A stretch of DNA of 55,539 nt, the filler included, from Sphacelaria rigidula (lineage: Eukaryota), in NCBI GenBank assembly GCA_964200075.2. It is 5 parts of 5 records of this genome, joined end to end, with 100 filler letters (N's around TTAATTAATTAA, not from the genome) between each part and the next. Parts side by side here need not be neighbours in the genome. Positions count along the whole stretch, not along the records: positions 22,260 to 33,287 come from CAXNAA020005512.1; positions 33,388 to 44,414 come from CAXNAA020005513.1; 3 more parts are not named here. One strand, 5' to 3'. The notes beneath the pieces are model-generated. The model saw only the letters and a list, made by a program, of their open reading frames with translations, searched no databases and was not told where the DNA came from. A program made the position numbers and the translations under genes. Shown here one piece after another: positions 25,931 to 38,460 of the stretch; positions within the stretch are counted from its first letter, which is position 1, and each line of letters starts with the position of its first letter.

Positions 25931-27269
25931 GCACACGTGGAAACATCGTCTCGCGATATGACGATCAAAACCTTGGCCAGCCTTAGCGCAATGTAACCAT
26001 CAAGAACACGTACAAAATGACTTGTGTGCGCTGCGCCGTAGGTGCCCCTTCAAAGTCAAAGGGGGTCAAGAGTGAGGAATCGGGAGAAAAGGACACTCCG
26101 CCGCCCATATGGCAGGTCGAGAAACCACGAGAGAAAGCGGTGGTTACGAAACAGGACCTCAAGAGCTTCCAGCATTTTTGGCTCGCTAACGAGGAACATA
26201 AGTTGCTTATGGTGGCTATTCCTAAGGTATGTGTTCACTCTGAAAGATGAACGGCGATACCTCTCGGTTACCGTTTAGAGCTGCAGCGGCAGAACTACGT
26301 GGCAACTCCGAGTCCTGTTCTCTTCTTATCCGTCTTCCACTGGGAAGAATCGGTGCTGCGTTTTGGAAAACAATAGTGTCTGCGCTGTTTTTTTACCCGC
26401 GACCTAGGTGCGACACCTGCCCTCGCTTGTCACCGTGCCAACCACGGCGCTATATCTTATTTAGGAATACACGTTCTGTTTCCCCAGGCGGAAATCTACT
26501 CACTATGTTTCTCCATCGTCTGATATATGAAAACGTTTCCGGTTCAAAAATTGGATCACCGACCTCCTCGAAGGGCGGGCTCTGAATCCACTGCACAGAT
26601 GGCGGAGCGCACGGTCGTCCCATCGCATATATCAATATATGTATGTGATACAAGACGAAATGGGTAACCTGTGTCCTGTTTTATCATCACTCGAAAGCCT
26701 TTCGCGTTTCATGTAAGCACAACGCGTGCACAGAAAGAATTGTTGATAGTTGTATACCTTGCGCCGAACCCTATTCAGTCATACGCCGCGACCGTCAGCA
26801 TATTTCAGTTACAGCGCAGCGAGCGGAGCAGTGATGATCGGGCCAGCAGTAGTACATGAGGGTGATTCATGTACCAAGATGTAACCAGCAAAATGATGCA
26901 TGGGGAAGTTGGAACAGTATCTCTGTACACGCAGGAGACTATTGCTGGAGAAAAACTACCGTCCAACTTCGTCCCTCACCCGTGAGCAAAGACTGCTGCA
27001 CGCGTCTTTGAGATGCGTTTCGCGCTTGCGTCGAGAGTGCTGGCTCCTTAGCCTATTACTGCGGCACCCCCCATGAATTAGTGGTGCGTTCCCACCATTG
27101 ACAACCTCCAATCTTCAGCATGCCCAGTTGGTCGTCCGTGCGCACGCAGAATGTTGCCAAGCTCGTCGTACCTGGCAACGCACATTAAACGACCCAAGGG
27201 ACTCAGGCCTCCTCTCTTCCATGTAGACGTCGTCTCTTTGACCCAAAACAACGCCCCCCCCCCCGGTCA

Positions 27270-27410
27270 AAGTAATGAGCTTTTGAAGAAACGTAATGAG
27301 CGCCATAATGTTGGAGGTGTCTCTATGAGGAGTAGGAACGGTGCTCCGTCTCGAAAAGGGATGCGTGGTCAATGGTCGAACGACTAAGGCAAGCAGCAAA
27401 TGAGTACCCC
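27270..27410 (+). mobile_element. 5'-truncated LINE 3' end
   Basis: Matches the reverse complement of 1-70; ends GCAAATGAGTACCCC; C-rich tracts on both sides. Confidence 0.8.
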
Positions 27411-28077
27411 CGCGCGCGCGCTCCCCCAAATATAAACATGTAGAGAACAAACAAACAACCAGGTATTTACGCCTATGCTCTGCGAAGTCTCGACCTGAGG
27501 AAGTTTTACGCATGTGTCAACCAGTGTAAAGATGGCATTAGCTCTCTGGGTGTGGTTATGTTTTGCATGATAGACGGACGTCGCCCAAGTATCCGTTTAG
27601 GCCTTCATTCGAATGACTTGAATACGCTGCAAATTGGGTACAAATGGTCTCTGCCCTCTCGCACCTTGTAATTTCGCTTGTCTGTATGACTTTGTGTATG
27701 TGAACATGGGTAGGTGGCCTGCACCCAGGTGCATGCTCTGTACCTTCGGATGCTGGGCTCCCAGGGCTGGAACACGACAGTTCTCGCCAATGTGAGCCCC
27801 TCCCCACAGACACACATAAACAGCATGTTTCCATTTCGTTCAGGTGCACTTCGCTTGGTGTTTTTTGTGTGCCCGTCGTCCAGCCGGTGCCCGAATGTTT
27901 TGGCAGCAGGAGAGGCGACGACTTCCATCATGTTATCAATGGCAGGGCAGACGACTACGCCGCTTGGCTTTGATTTATTTGTCCTGCTGTTCAGAGAAAT
28001 TGCGGCACGCAGTTAGACCATTTCCGATACACGCATTTGGACTCTCTTCTGCATGACGAGAACCCACACACTCTGTC

Positions 28078-28356
28078 CCGCGCGCAGGTGGTCTAGATGG
28101 CACACCTGACGTCGTTTAGGTCGGAGGGAAACGGGTTCGTTCCCGGGCAGACGAAGTTGGCTGCGTGTTCGGACATAACTGACTTTTTCGATGAAACCAT
28201 GTGGGGTGTGAGCAGCAGCGGTTGTTGATCCCACGAGAGCGACGTGCTGCGGGAGTTCTGATCCACTTTACATCAGAGAAGACCAACACGTGTACCGGGG
28301 CAGAGATGAGTTGATTGATGCCTTGAGACCAGGGGCTCGTCCCGATAAAGTGGTTG
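28078..28356 (+). mobile_element. Divergent tRNA-derived SINE
   Basis: A-box-like GGTGGTCTAGATGG, B-box-like GGGTTCGTTCCC; body TGATCCA...TACCGGGG.AGAGATG...CCTTGAGACCA shared with 38151-38460. Confidence 0.55.
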
Positions 28357-30439
28357 TATACATGATATTGCATGCCCTAGTTCTTGAACCATTGACCTCA
28401 CAACCCTACAAAGCCGGGGTGGAGCTCACTGGGGTTTCGCCGGATCAGGCTCGAGAAAAGTGGAGGGTCGGAAGTATGATGAAGGAAACAGTAAAGTTGT
28501 GCGTATTGCATGCCAAGGACAGCGATTACCCAGGCGAGGTCAGAGTTTTCTAATGACCCTTCCGACCACAGTGACGAAATTTTGCCGCGACAGACGTCGT
28601 AGTTGTCCGACCCCCTACCGCACCCTACCGCACCGTATCGCACCGCAATGTTTGAGGACCACATGCATTCGGAGAGAAACCAAGGACACACACTATCCCC
28701 CCGTACAGTACGGTACTGCCCTCGGCGTACCGCAGTCATTTTCCAAAAGTTGTGGCCGAGGTTAGGCTTGGTTTAATGCCGACTGAAAGGCGAACCTCAT
28801 GCAATCGCAGCTCGCGAAGTGTGCTGGAGGCCTCCTGGACAACGGAGCTTGTGCATTCCGGGGTATGATGTTCACGCGATGTATTTTCACGCAATAAGGC
28901 TGGCCGGAAGGCTATAGTAGGCACGTTTGGAGGACGAGCTGTTCGTCCCCGTGGACGTGGCTCGATCAGTCAGTTCAGTGCTTAACTACTCAAGTTTCCG
29001 TTGTTGTGCCTCTGTTTTGCTATTTTATTACCGGGGAACACGACGCACTAGTGGTTGGTTCGTTCTCTGCTCAAATTGTGGAGTTGTCTGGTCGTAGCAT
29101 GGCACATGCGTTCATGTACCAATGGCACCCGCTGGCCGTATGTCGGCAGTATGTGTTTCATATCGTGGTTCTACGGAGAGGAGAGGCGTCTTCTGAGCGT
29201 AGCATGGTACTCATTACACAATGCGTTGTCGCCGAATACACCAACCGTTCGGTTTTTTTCACGCCACAGTATGCGGGACGCTCCTTCAATGTGTTTTCCG
29301 CAGGATTTGAAAACGTTCGGACTCACGACGTGCTTCAAAAACGTTCCGACTTTGCCGACAACATAGTCTGTGGAGACTAATTTTGGAATGCCAGTTTGAT
29401 ATACCCAGTATAATATACTCAACACCAACCGCCAAATAAGAGACTTCAGTCACTGTCTAGTTGATAGGAACTGGAGTGCTCGCGAACACATGTCATCATG
29501 TCGACTCTGTATTTTTGTCAAATAGCTTGTTCGGGAGTTTTAAGCCCCAAATCCATTTTACGCCAACTCATTGCATTTCAATCCTTCGGGAATCTTTCCC
29601 TTTCGCCCCCGACCAGACGCCTGACAATTGCAAACCTTGACGAAGAAGAAAAGAGGGGAATAGAGAAGACCGACGGCAACCATATTTATGGCGGAAGGCC
29701 ACCACAGACGAATCCACCGGCATGCGTCAGGCACGCACCAAAATGTCACCCCGGTGCGGTTGGATGTGTTTTGTTCAATGAGGGCACGCAACGGGTACAG
29801 TGTGTTTAACTTCATGCACACAGTCAAAATTACACTCGCGTGCCTGGACTCTGTACAAGCGAAACTTTGCACCACTTGTGTATTTTTAATATACTGAGTC
29901 CCGTGCAAAACTGGGGCAGATTTTTATACGGGTCCGAAAATCACGTCTCGGGCTAATAGGTTTGCGTGAAAGCTGTAAAATCTCGAATATATCGTCCAAA
30001 AAGCACCTCGAAATCCACACTTTTCCATCGCCGATGTCAAAAGGGTCGACATGTTGGGCATACACAACCACGAATCAGATCGAGACGATATCGAAAAGGT
30101 TCGGCTTCGCTGAATTTATCAGTGAGCCCCAATCGCCCCCCGGGCCCATTAGGTATCGTACACCGTGGCTGTCTCTGCAAGTGGCGATATCAGAAAATAA
30201 AGCATCCCCTTCGAGGATGCCATCAATAAACATAATCACTAATATGTTTTGGACCGAGGAATCTCAGCAGCATGGTCGCCGCAGTGGCTCAGTTGGTAAC
30301 CTCGAAACCTTCTGACGGTTGGGTCGTGGATTCAGATCTCGGAGCGATCTGGGATTGTTTCTCACACGATGTCCAACAATGGAGAGCGACTATGTCGTGG
30401 GTACACAAAAGTTCGACTCAATGGTCGACGAAGGAAAGG

Positions 30440-30622
30440 GGCTTCTGAACCCCTCTCGCGATAAACCGTACAGGCAAGCACCGCAGGAAAAATGTGGAGT
30501 ACAAGTAACAAACAAACAAGAAAATACCTCCTCTGTTGGCCTTCCTCCTGTGTGACCCCGGCTGGTGCCCCCACATATTCCGAAATGTGTAGACTGGCGC
30601 CCATAATAGATGGGACAACAAC

Positions 30623-30678
<56 letters not shown>

Positions 30679-30701
30679 GCGCGCGCGCACACACACACAC
30701 A
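30440..30701 (+). mobile_element. 3' end of (CA)n-tailed retroposon
   Basis: Homologous to 12049-12245; ends GGGACAACAA(CA)n. Confidence 0.7.
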
Positions 30702-31039
30702 CCCTTCTCTGTTGAGCACATCCAAAGTGTACTGTACTCCCTTTGCTGTGTTGAAGGTTCATGGTCCATGGTCCATGGTCCATGGATGAACACCTCGCTC
30801 GTGGTCTACGAGTCGGGTGGGTGATGTTGATTGGTCGTGGTACCGACCTATGTGCTGGTCGATAACGCTGGATCGACAAGATGCTGTCCTGAACGCGGTA
30901 ACGGCCATTCTGATGCTGGAGAAGCATCCCGCCAAACGAATGGGCAATATCAGCAGTTAGGGATGCGTAATTCATCTTAGCTCGCTAGAGCCAACCAACC
31001 ACTTTAACTGCAAGCTTGTAACAATGAGAAGTGCATTGT

Positions 31040-31300
31040 ACATCGAACGGGGGTTCGATTCCCGATGCGTTGGGGTTTTTTTCTTCGTAATGTATGAATT
31101 GCAAGGAGGAAAGCGTGAGAACGTGAGTAGACAAAAGTAGTCGGCTGGGTTTGTGTGACGTGAGTTGACGCGGTGCGGGAGTACTGATCCAATCCGCGAG
31201 ATCAAAATGAACGGAAGATACCGGGGGAGAGATGGGTTGATCCCTTGAGACCACGGACTCATCCCGAGGAAGGGGAAGGGTTCAAAGTGTGAGGAAAAAA
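31040..31300 (+). mobile_element. tRNA-derived SINE, 5'-truncated
   Basis: B box GGTTCGATTCCC; body collinear with 38205-38445. Confidence 0.75.
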
Positions 31301-31592
31301 ACAACATGGTGATGAGAATATGATAAATTGCTTTTTAGTGGAAGAAGCGCTCAGGCCTCTTCGTTTGGTCCGAGGAGCCGAAACGCTGCATCTGAGAATA
31401 CAGTATATAAACTAACGACAAAACGTTCCACGTCTGACCTCGAATCGACAACTCAATCTCCGCCTGCACCACGACATGAACATGGCAGCTCCAACTCGTG
31501 GGAGCACAAGCGTGCATGGGTCACACGTTGTGTCGGTTGTTCAGGCCTCCATGTACGGTCAAGGGCTCGCTTGGAACATCTTTATATTATTT

Positions 31593-31733
31593 TTCTGATT
31601 CTGATTCTGATTCTGATTCTTATTCTGATTCTGATTCTTATTCTTTAATTCGTTGTACCTTAAAGCTCTCCCCTTCCTCGGGATAATGTTTCCGATATTT
31701 ACTAGAGATCGAGCTAACGTGACGGATATAGTG

Positions 31734-31802
<69 letters not shown>

Positions 31803-32047
31803 CTACTACTACTAATTGGGCTAATATTAGTACGATATTATCGGTGGAATCTCGTGATATCCGTCATCAAAACAGACGGTAGATATCATCACTATTGTGG
31901 TGGTCATTATCAGTGTTTACTTCATCATCAGTATCTCCATGATGATCATGATGATCATGAATGTTCCCATTGTCATCATCTTCATGATCGACATCAGAGT
32001 TCCCATCATCTTGGTCGTGATGATCGTTATCAAAAGTGATGATGATG

Positions 32048-32079
<32 letters not shown>

Positions 32080-32500
32080 GGTGATGATGATGATGGTCGT
32101 TATCATCATCATCAGTATTCCCATAATCTTTTTGACTGATTGATTGACTGACGCACTTTAACTGACTCCCCCCCCAGGGGTCCAGCCGCGGTCGCATGAT
32201 GGACGTACCCAAGAGTAGCAAAACTGACACACTCGCTGAAGAGAAGAAGGAACGAAAAGAGAAGTCGAACAGAACGATCTAGTAGACGAAGATGTGAAAA
32301 AAAAGGAAATAATAAAAATGTCAACAAAGGCTCAAAAAGAAAGTCAACAAAAGCAAGATCATATCAATGACTTGGTATGATTGTCGTCATCGTCATCGTC
32401 GTCATCGTCATCACATCAGTGATTTGGTATTAAATCATAATCATAATCATGATCATGATCATGATCATCATGATCATGATCATTATAATCATCACATCAA
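31593..32500. repeat. Microsatellite cluster: (TTCTGA)n, (GTA)n, (GAT)n, (CAT/GATCAT)n; includes a minus-strand (ATCA)n retroposon 3' end at ~32133-32345
   Basis: Directly visible simple repeats. Confidence 0.9.
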
Positions 32501-32551
32501 TAAGTTGGCATTACAATCACCATCATTTACTTCAGCCATCATCAAACATTA

Positions 32552-32756
32552 CAAGGGCAGGTCGAGTAGAGTACACTCAATTGTGGGGTATTTTGAAAGA
32601 CGTACTTGGGGCACTCAGATTAGCGTAGAGTGTTAGGAGTCGTATCCAAAAAATAACTGGAAAGCGATCCTTGAACCCGCACCCCCAATTTGTGTAGTTG
32701 AATTACGACGTTCAAAATACCCCGCAAATGAGGATACTCTACTCGACCTACCCTTG
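32552..32756. mobile_element. hAT-type MITE
   Basis: ~46-bp imperfect TIRs CAAGGG(C/T)AGGTCGAGTAGAGTA...; perfect 8-bp TSD AAACATTA. Confidence 0.9.
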
Positions 32757-32893
32757 AAACATTATTCTCCCGCTCCACCAGACAAAACACGCATCGTTCC
32801 GTCCGTCTTTCACCATAAAAAAAACAACAACAACGCGGTTTGTTTCTGGTCGCTTTTCATTGCATTGAAAAAAAAATCCCGCACGTTTACAAG

Positions 32894-33046
32894 GTGCGAG
32901 AGGTGCTCTCTTCCCGCCGAGGAACACTGCAGGGCGTGGAAGACTCCTTCGTCGACAACATGGTGGGGGGGCTTGACGCGTGGACTTCGGCCGCCGGGAA
33001 AAACCTCATCCGCTGGGGATTCATGGTCATGAGAAAAAAGCCCCCG
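32894..33046 (+). CDS. Exon resembling the C-terminus of sarcosine/dimethylglycine N-methyltransferase
   Basis: AG|VREVLSSRRGTLQGVEDSFVDNMVGGLDAWTSAAGKNLIRWGFMVMRKKPP|GTATGT resembles the SDMT C-terminal pattern (V..EL...YIDxM..GL..W......WG...RK); upstream exons not found. Confidence 0.55.
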
Positions 33047-33287
33047 GTATGTATGTACTCTACAACGGTAAATATTGAGGAATACCCCCATCACATCTAC
33101 AACCCAACATTGGTGTCCTGTACGTACGTATCTGTCGTGCCTCGGTGAGGTGGGTTCAACTGGTACGGGCTCCCCGAAACGGAGGGAGTTCGGCTGGAGG
33201 CGTTGGCATTGACTTATTCAGATTGATCTATCCCGGCAGCAGCAGGCAAAGGTTGGTGGATGTTTTTTTTTTCTTCATTCTTTTGGT

Positions 33288-33387
33288 NNNNNNNNNNNNN
33301 NNNNNNNNNNNNNNNNNNNNNNNNNNNNNNNTTAATTAATTAANNNNNNNNNNNNNNNNNNNNNNNNNNNNNNNNNNNNNNNNNNNN
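33288..33387. other. Artificial contig linker
   Basis: N44-TTAATTAATTAA-N44. Confidence 0.97.
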
Positions 33388-34744
33388 ATATTTATTCCAG
33401 TATGGGACAATCGGAACAGAAACAAGTGTACTACCTGTGTGTACATGTCATGACCTTCAGAGCTCAGTTGCACGCGGTGCGTGTTGGTATGATCACCAGG
33501 GGTTGCGACGTATCGGAAATCGTACATGCGCTGATGGGGGCAACCATCCTATATACAATACCTAGAGTTGTAGCCCCTCCCTTCGTGGACCCCTTTCAAC
33601 AAAAACGCGTTTTGGACACGGGAGGACTACACGGGACTGTGGGCCCCACTGAAGATCCGATCATCACTGTCTACACTCCAACAAATGATACCAACCACGA
33701 TACCCCCGATCGACTCTACTTTCATGGCGTCGGGTTGAAGGTGTCCGTACACACCGAAGTTCGCGCGACCCACGACTTGCGCACACGTACAACGAACAGC
33801 ACACNNNNNNNNNNGTGAGATTTCCAACAGCGTCGCCAGCGTTTTGTTTCCTCCCATTTGTACAGGACGGGACACAAAAACAGCACAGCACACGAGGCAA
33901 TCCTCCACGCGGATCAAACCGCCTTCACATACTGCAGCACACTACAGGACTGTGCAGTGAGATGCGCATCATATCAAGAGGCCGTCAAAACGTGGGACAA
34001 GAAATCACTCCGTCTGCATCGATGCACTACAACAACAGTAGAAGTGCCTCATACCTGTGGAGTGGATGATACCAATGAGCGGTCTGCACACGCGTTCGCT
34101 GAGGCCGTGCCTTCCCCGTGTGGAATCCATTACATCTCGCGCTTGCGTCACCTGCGGTAAAACAATACAGGATATCGTGGTAGATGCGGACCGTACCATT
34201 CATGTTACTTGTTGATCCTACGAGTATGCAGGCGCCGATTTCGAAAAAATCCCGTCTACCCCGACCGAGCACATTGTATCCAGTGCGTCATCTCGCTCAT
34301 CTGCACACAACACTTATCGATGAAGTGGTGACTGGCCGGTGTATCAAAGACCGTCCCGTAGTCCGCGGTCTCATAGACCTCTTACATTTCGTACTCATTG
34401 TATTACCGGCGGCGAGCCAACACGAGACAATACCGTGCAGATGGGTGCCCGTGGTTTTGTCGAACGGACCACTTGGCACGCGGCAGGAACAGCATGATTT
34501 GCTCTTCCCTCCGTGTTGTGCAACATGCACGATCTCCACCCGTCAATCAATGGAGTAATGCTTCAACAATAGCGCTGTACAAATTTCGTCTCTGTGAGCG
34601 ACCTTCATTCGTCCGAAATATGACACTCACCAAATGTTTTGAAAGATGCTCTGCAGAGGGATACTAGGTGGCTGGGAGGAAGTGATATAGAGAGGGGCCG
34701 ACGTGTCTCGGGCGTGTGGGCGAAGTTAATGACATTCGGAACAG

Positions 34745-34912
34745 TTAGAGGACCGCATCGGAATTTGAACATCCCTATGGTTAGTGTTAGGGTTAGCGTC
34801 AGGGGCGTGGTACCTGCAGGGACTGGCCCGATTATTTTCGAAAAACGTCGATCCTGAGGTGTTTGGAACTCAGACGCGGTCCTCTTCGCACGCGGTTCTC
34901 TCACGCATTACA
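34745..34912 (+). mobile_element. Telomeric-repeat MITE, 5'-truncated
   Basis: Lacks the outer left TIR; right end CGCATTACA intact. Confidence 0.88.
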
Positions 34913-35202
34913 CCGTGTTTCATTCAACATCTGTGTTCGGCCAAAAATGAAAGTGCGGCCAGCGGAAAATGCAAAGTTGCCCTGGGACGGTCTCAATGAG
35001 TAGAGCAAGTCATTTCAAGGCGTCACTCTCCGCCTAGCCCTTTTTTCAGGCGAAGAGCGACAGAGGCGGACCAAAAAGGTGGTTTTCATACAGGAGTTGT
35101 GAACGGCTCCCATTAGAGTCGGTCTAATCTTTCATATTTGCAACGTCGACTATACATGTAGCATTCCAGTGGAATATTTCATGAAAGAAGGGATGTTATA
35201 AC

Positions 35203-35344
35203 AGGGTTGGGGCTAGTGTTGGGTTTGGGGTCAGGGGCGTGGTCCCTGCAGAGACTGGTCCCATCGGTTTTGAATAACGTCGATCCTGAGGTGTTTTGAA
35301 GTACGATGCGGTCCTCTAAGCACGCGGTCCTCTCGCACATTACA
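35203..35344 (+). mobile_element. Telomeric-repeat MITE, 5'-truncated within the G-rich tract
   Basis: Starts in the GGGTT tract; right TIR intact. Confidence 0.88.
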
Positions 35345-35689
35345 ATTGGTCGAAAACAAAAGTGCGACCAACGGGAAACGCAGAGTTGCCCTAGAACGGT
35401 CCTTAACGAGTAGAGCAAGTAATTCCAAGGCGTCAACACCCGCCTAGCCCTCTTTTCGAGCGTGAATCGACGAACAAGGACACAAAAAGTAGTTTTCGAC
35501 AGGAATTTTGAACGGTTCCCATTAGAGTTGGCCTTACAAACGGTGTTCTTCGCAGCAATAAATAATTCCGAAAATATAAATTAAATCTCAAATCGACACA
35601 CAACAAGCCCACACTTGAAGAAGAGCAGATGTGGTGAAATTTGGTCAACTCAAAACTACATATGTACATGTACCATTTCACTTTTTTCA

Positions 35690-35875
35690 TCACTTTAGCC
35701 GAGTTTTCTCTGGCAGCAAGGCATCTTATTATGCGCTTTCTTTTGCAGTGCACGAAGAAGGCGCAGCGGCACATTACCTTTTTGGTTTGGGTGACACCTG
35801 CGGCGCGTGTTCTGGCCATCGAAAGTCGCCCGCACTGGCTCTTTTTCGCGGGGTGTCGATCCCGCACCACAAAAG
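35690..35875 (+). repeat. Dispersed repeat (second copy ~37260-37455)
   Basis: Shared TTTTCTCTGGC.GCAAGG...CGAAAGTCGC...TTTTTCGCGGGGTGTC. Confidence 0.7.
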
Positions 35876-36246
35876 CTTCCCCCAGTTCATGAAAAACTTT
35901 AAGCAGCAGGATGATTGTTGACGGGATATTTTCCCCCCGTGTTTCCCTTCGTCGGGTTCTCGTTCATTTGGGAGCACGATTACACCGCTTATGCCGCCAC
36001 GAGAACATGAGAGCAATGCAGTTGAAAACAATTGAACATTGCCTTGGGCTTAGTCAGCAGCAAACACCAGACCGTGCGGTGAGCCTTTGACGAGGTGAAC
36101 AAGGCACACGCGTGGGCAAACGTCCCAACTTTGGGCCACCTGTATTGACCATCAAAGGGCGGTGCCGAAATCCCTGTGATCATGCAACCCGTAGGATGCA
36201 CCTGGGAAGTACAGGCGCAGGGATATCCTTGTGGCAGGGTTGACAG

Positions 36247-36457
36247 TGTAATGTGTGAGAGGACCGCGTGCTTAGAGGACCGCATCGGAATGTGAATATC
36301 CTGATGGTTAGGGTTAGGATTCGGATCAGTGTCGGGGTTATGGTCAGGGGCGTAGTTCCTGCAGGGACTGGCCCGATTGGTTTTGAAAAACGTCGATCCT
36401 GAGGTCTTTTGAACTACGGCGCGGTCCTCTAAACACGCAGTCCTCTCACACATTGAA
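36247..36457 (+). mobile_element. Telomeric-repeat MITE
   Basis: TIRs; perfect 5-bp TSD GACAG. Confidence 0.92.
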
Positions 36458-36772
36458 GACAGGGTTGTCCTTGTGACAGGGATGACAGGGAGAATCATAC
36501 GAGTACGCACCTCATGTATATTTCGACGGCTTAATACCGTGTTTTCAGTACAAGTCAAGCGTTACTTTGCTTGTGGATTTCTCCGCCGTGTCTGAACAAA
36601 CCAGCCTGGAAATTGGCACAGAAGTAGACCACAACACAGACAGCATATTCTCGGATCGGCGGCACGTTTTACGTGGTGTACCAGACGCACGAAGTGAATA
36701 GGGGTTCTGGGCAATGCCATCGATATGCCTTCAAAACGGACCCCCCTCGGCCCAGACTGTGTGAGACGTCAG

Positions 36773-37022
36773 GACACTTTCTACGATAGCCCCCCACCAA
36801 AACGTGCATGGTTTTGGGAGGCAAAATCTTTATGTAAATCGAAATGGGAAAAGCAGAGCACAATGAGAAGCTGGGGAGTCCCGCGCTTGGGTTCGTTCTA
36901 GCCGATGTCGTCAATATGAGGCGCTTTATGCAGCCTGAACCCGAACATCAGGCGCTGCACGGCCAACGTTTTCGTGACACTTTTAGCTGGTTTCGGGGGG
37001 GGGGGCTATTGTAGAAAGTGTC
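36773..37022. mobile_element. MITE with GACAC TIRs (copy B)
   Basis: GACACTTTCTACGATAGCC...GGCTATTGTAGAAAGTGTC; 4-bp TSD TCAG. Confidence 0.82.
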
Positions 37023-37898
37023 TCAGTGAATGCATATTATGTGGACACGCAGATGCGCTCACCTCCACATCATGACCCCCTGGGTGGCTCCTGCCCCGGC
37101 AAACAAGCATCGATCCATATTGGGTAGACTCTGGTTCATGTCATTCTACGCGATATCTATCTTGGTATCGCCTGTGGCGAGGTACTCACTTCAGGAGGCA
37201 CGGTCGTGCAAGCGCCGTCAGTGCTTTTACGCGCGATGTATATTATGTGCACGTATCATTTCACCGCTTTTGCCGACTTTTCTCTGGCGGCAAGGTATTT
37301 TTTCCCACACGTCCTATTGCGGCGCATCGAGAAGGCTCAGCAGTACATCACCGTTCAGGTTTGGGCGCCATCTGATGCCTGTGGCGGGTGTTCTGACCAC
37401 CGAAAGTCGCTCAAACTGGTCTTTTTTCGCGGGGTGTCAATCCCGAACCAAAACTCTCCAAGATCGTGGGAAACTTGACAAAATATATTTTCGACTTGCG
37501 TCACCCCCGGGAGGCCCGTACCAGCCTCCTGAAGGGGAACCTTGTATACTGTATCAAATTACAGTAGATCCTGGAAAATGGGGTCGATCTCAAAAATGAG
37601 GTTCAAGTGGCATATCTACTTTTTTGCAGGAATGACGCGAAACAGTAACCCAGAGCGAAACCATCTTTCCCCTCAAAACTCTGCAGCCGTGAATCCGTTG
37701 TGGCTAAATGCACCGAACGAATGCGGTGTACACGCGTGTCGATGACGATATCACCAGAGAGGGAAGCGAAGACAGAGAGGAATAGGCTTCTCGCCCGTGT
37801 CCTTTGTGTGTTCACGCCTGGCGATCACCAATCGCCTGAGAGACTGGCATCATGCATGTTACCAGCACGTACCGAATTTCTCATGTGCCGGTAGGTAT

Positions 37899-38115
37899 TG
37901 TAATGCGTGAGAGGACTGCGTGCTTAGAGGACCACGCCGTAGTTCAAAACACCGCAGGATCGACGTTTTTCAAAACCAGTCGGGTCAGTCCCTGCAGGTA
38001 CCATGCCCTTGACCATTACCCTAACCCTAACCCTAACCCTAACCCTAACCCTAACCATAGGGGTGTTCAAATTCCGATGCGGTCCTCTAAACACGCGGTC
38101 CTCTCACGCATTACA
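37899..38115 (-). mobile_element. Telomeric-repeat MITE
   Basis: TIRs; (CCCTAA)6 run; no TSD seen. Confidence 0.92.
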
Positions 38116-38150
38116 TACTCTACTGGTGATAATCACCCTGCTACCCGTAA

Positions 38151-38460
38151 TGCCGCCGCGCCCCGGTGGTGTAATGGTCCGACTGCCGCCATTAGGGTGG
38201 AGAGAACGAGGGTTCGATTCCCGATGCGTTGGGTTTTTCCTTCGTAGTATATGATATCCACCGTGTACAGCGTGAGAACGTGAGTAAACAAAGCAGTTGA
38301 CTGAGTTCGTTTGACGTGAGTTGACGCGGTAGGGGAGTGCTGATCCAATCCGCAAGACCAAAATACCTTTACCGGGGAGAGATGGTTTGGTCCCTTGAGA
38401 CCACGGATTCGTTTCGAGGAAGGGGAGGGGTTCAAAGTGCGACAAATGAAAATCAAGAAA
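38151..38460 (+). mobile_element. tRNA-derived SINE, near full length
   Basis: A box TGGTGTAATGG, B box GGTTCGATTCC, then a non-tRNA body ending GAGACCACGG...GGGGTTCAAAGTGCGACAA. Confidence 0.8.

Larger units (their letters stand above)
26042..29380 (+). pseudogene. Carbohydrate sulfotransferase (Sulfotransfer_2 family): clean exons 26042-26226 and 27714-27791; decayed exons ~28399-28538, ~28811-28862, ~29080-29137, ~29271-29380
   Basis: Spliced EEHKLLMVAIPK|VACTQVHALYLRMLG matches the 5'-PAPS-binding loop (KLLxCxIPKVACT); later blocks give HNP/YKAG, a corrupted RDPxERxxSAY-like motif, QWHP and GFENV, with frameshifts. Confidence 0.65.

Noticed and set aside
31653-32636. Poly-Val, poly-His and poly-Asp ORFs
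   Set aside because: Microsatellite translations
33390-34450. Coding-like decayed segments on both strands
   Set aside because: Stops and frameshifts with no identifiable family
38151-38235. Functional tRNA gene
   Set aside because: A and B boxes are present but there is no convincing cloverleaf, and it continues into a repeated SINE body
35989-38247. Recurrent ORFs with ERTACLEDR/PNPNPN/RSSKHAV motifs as a protein family
   Set aside because: These are translations of the MITE TIRs and telomere tract, not genes
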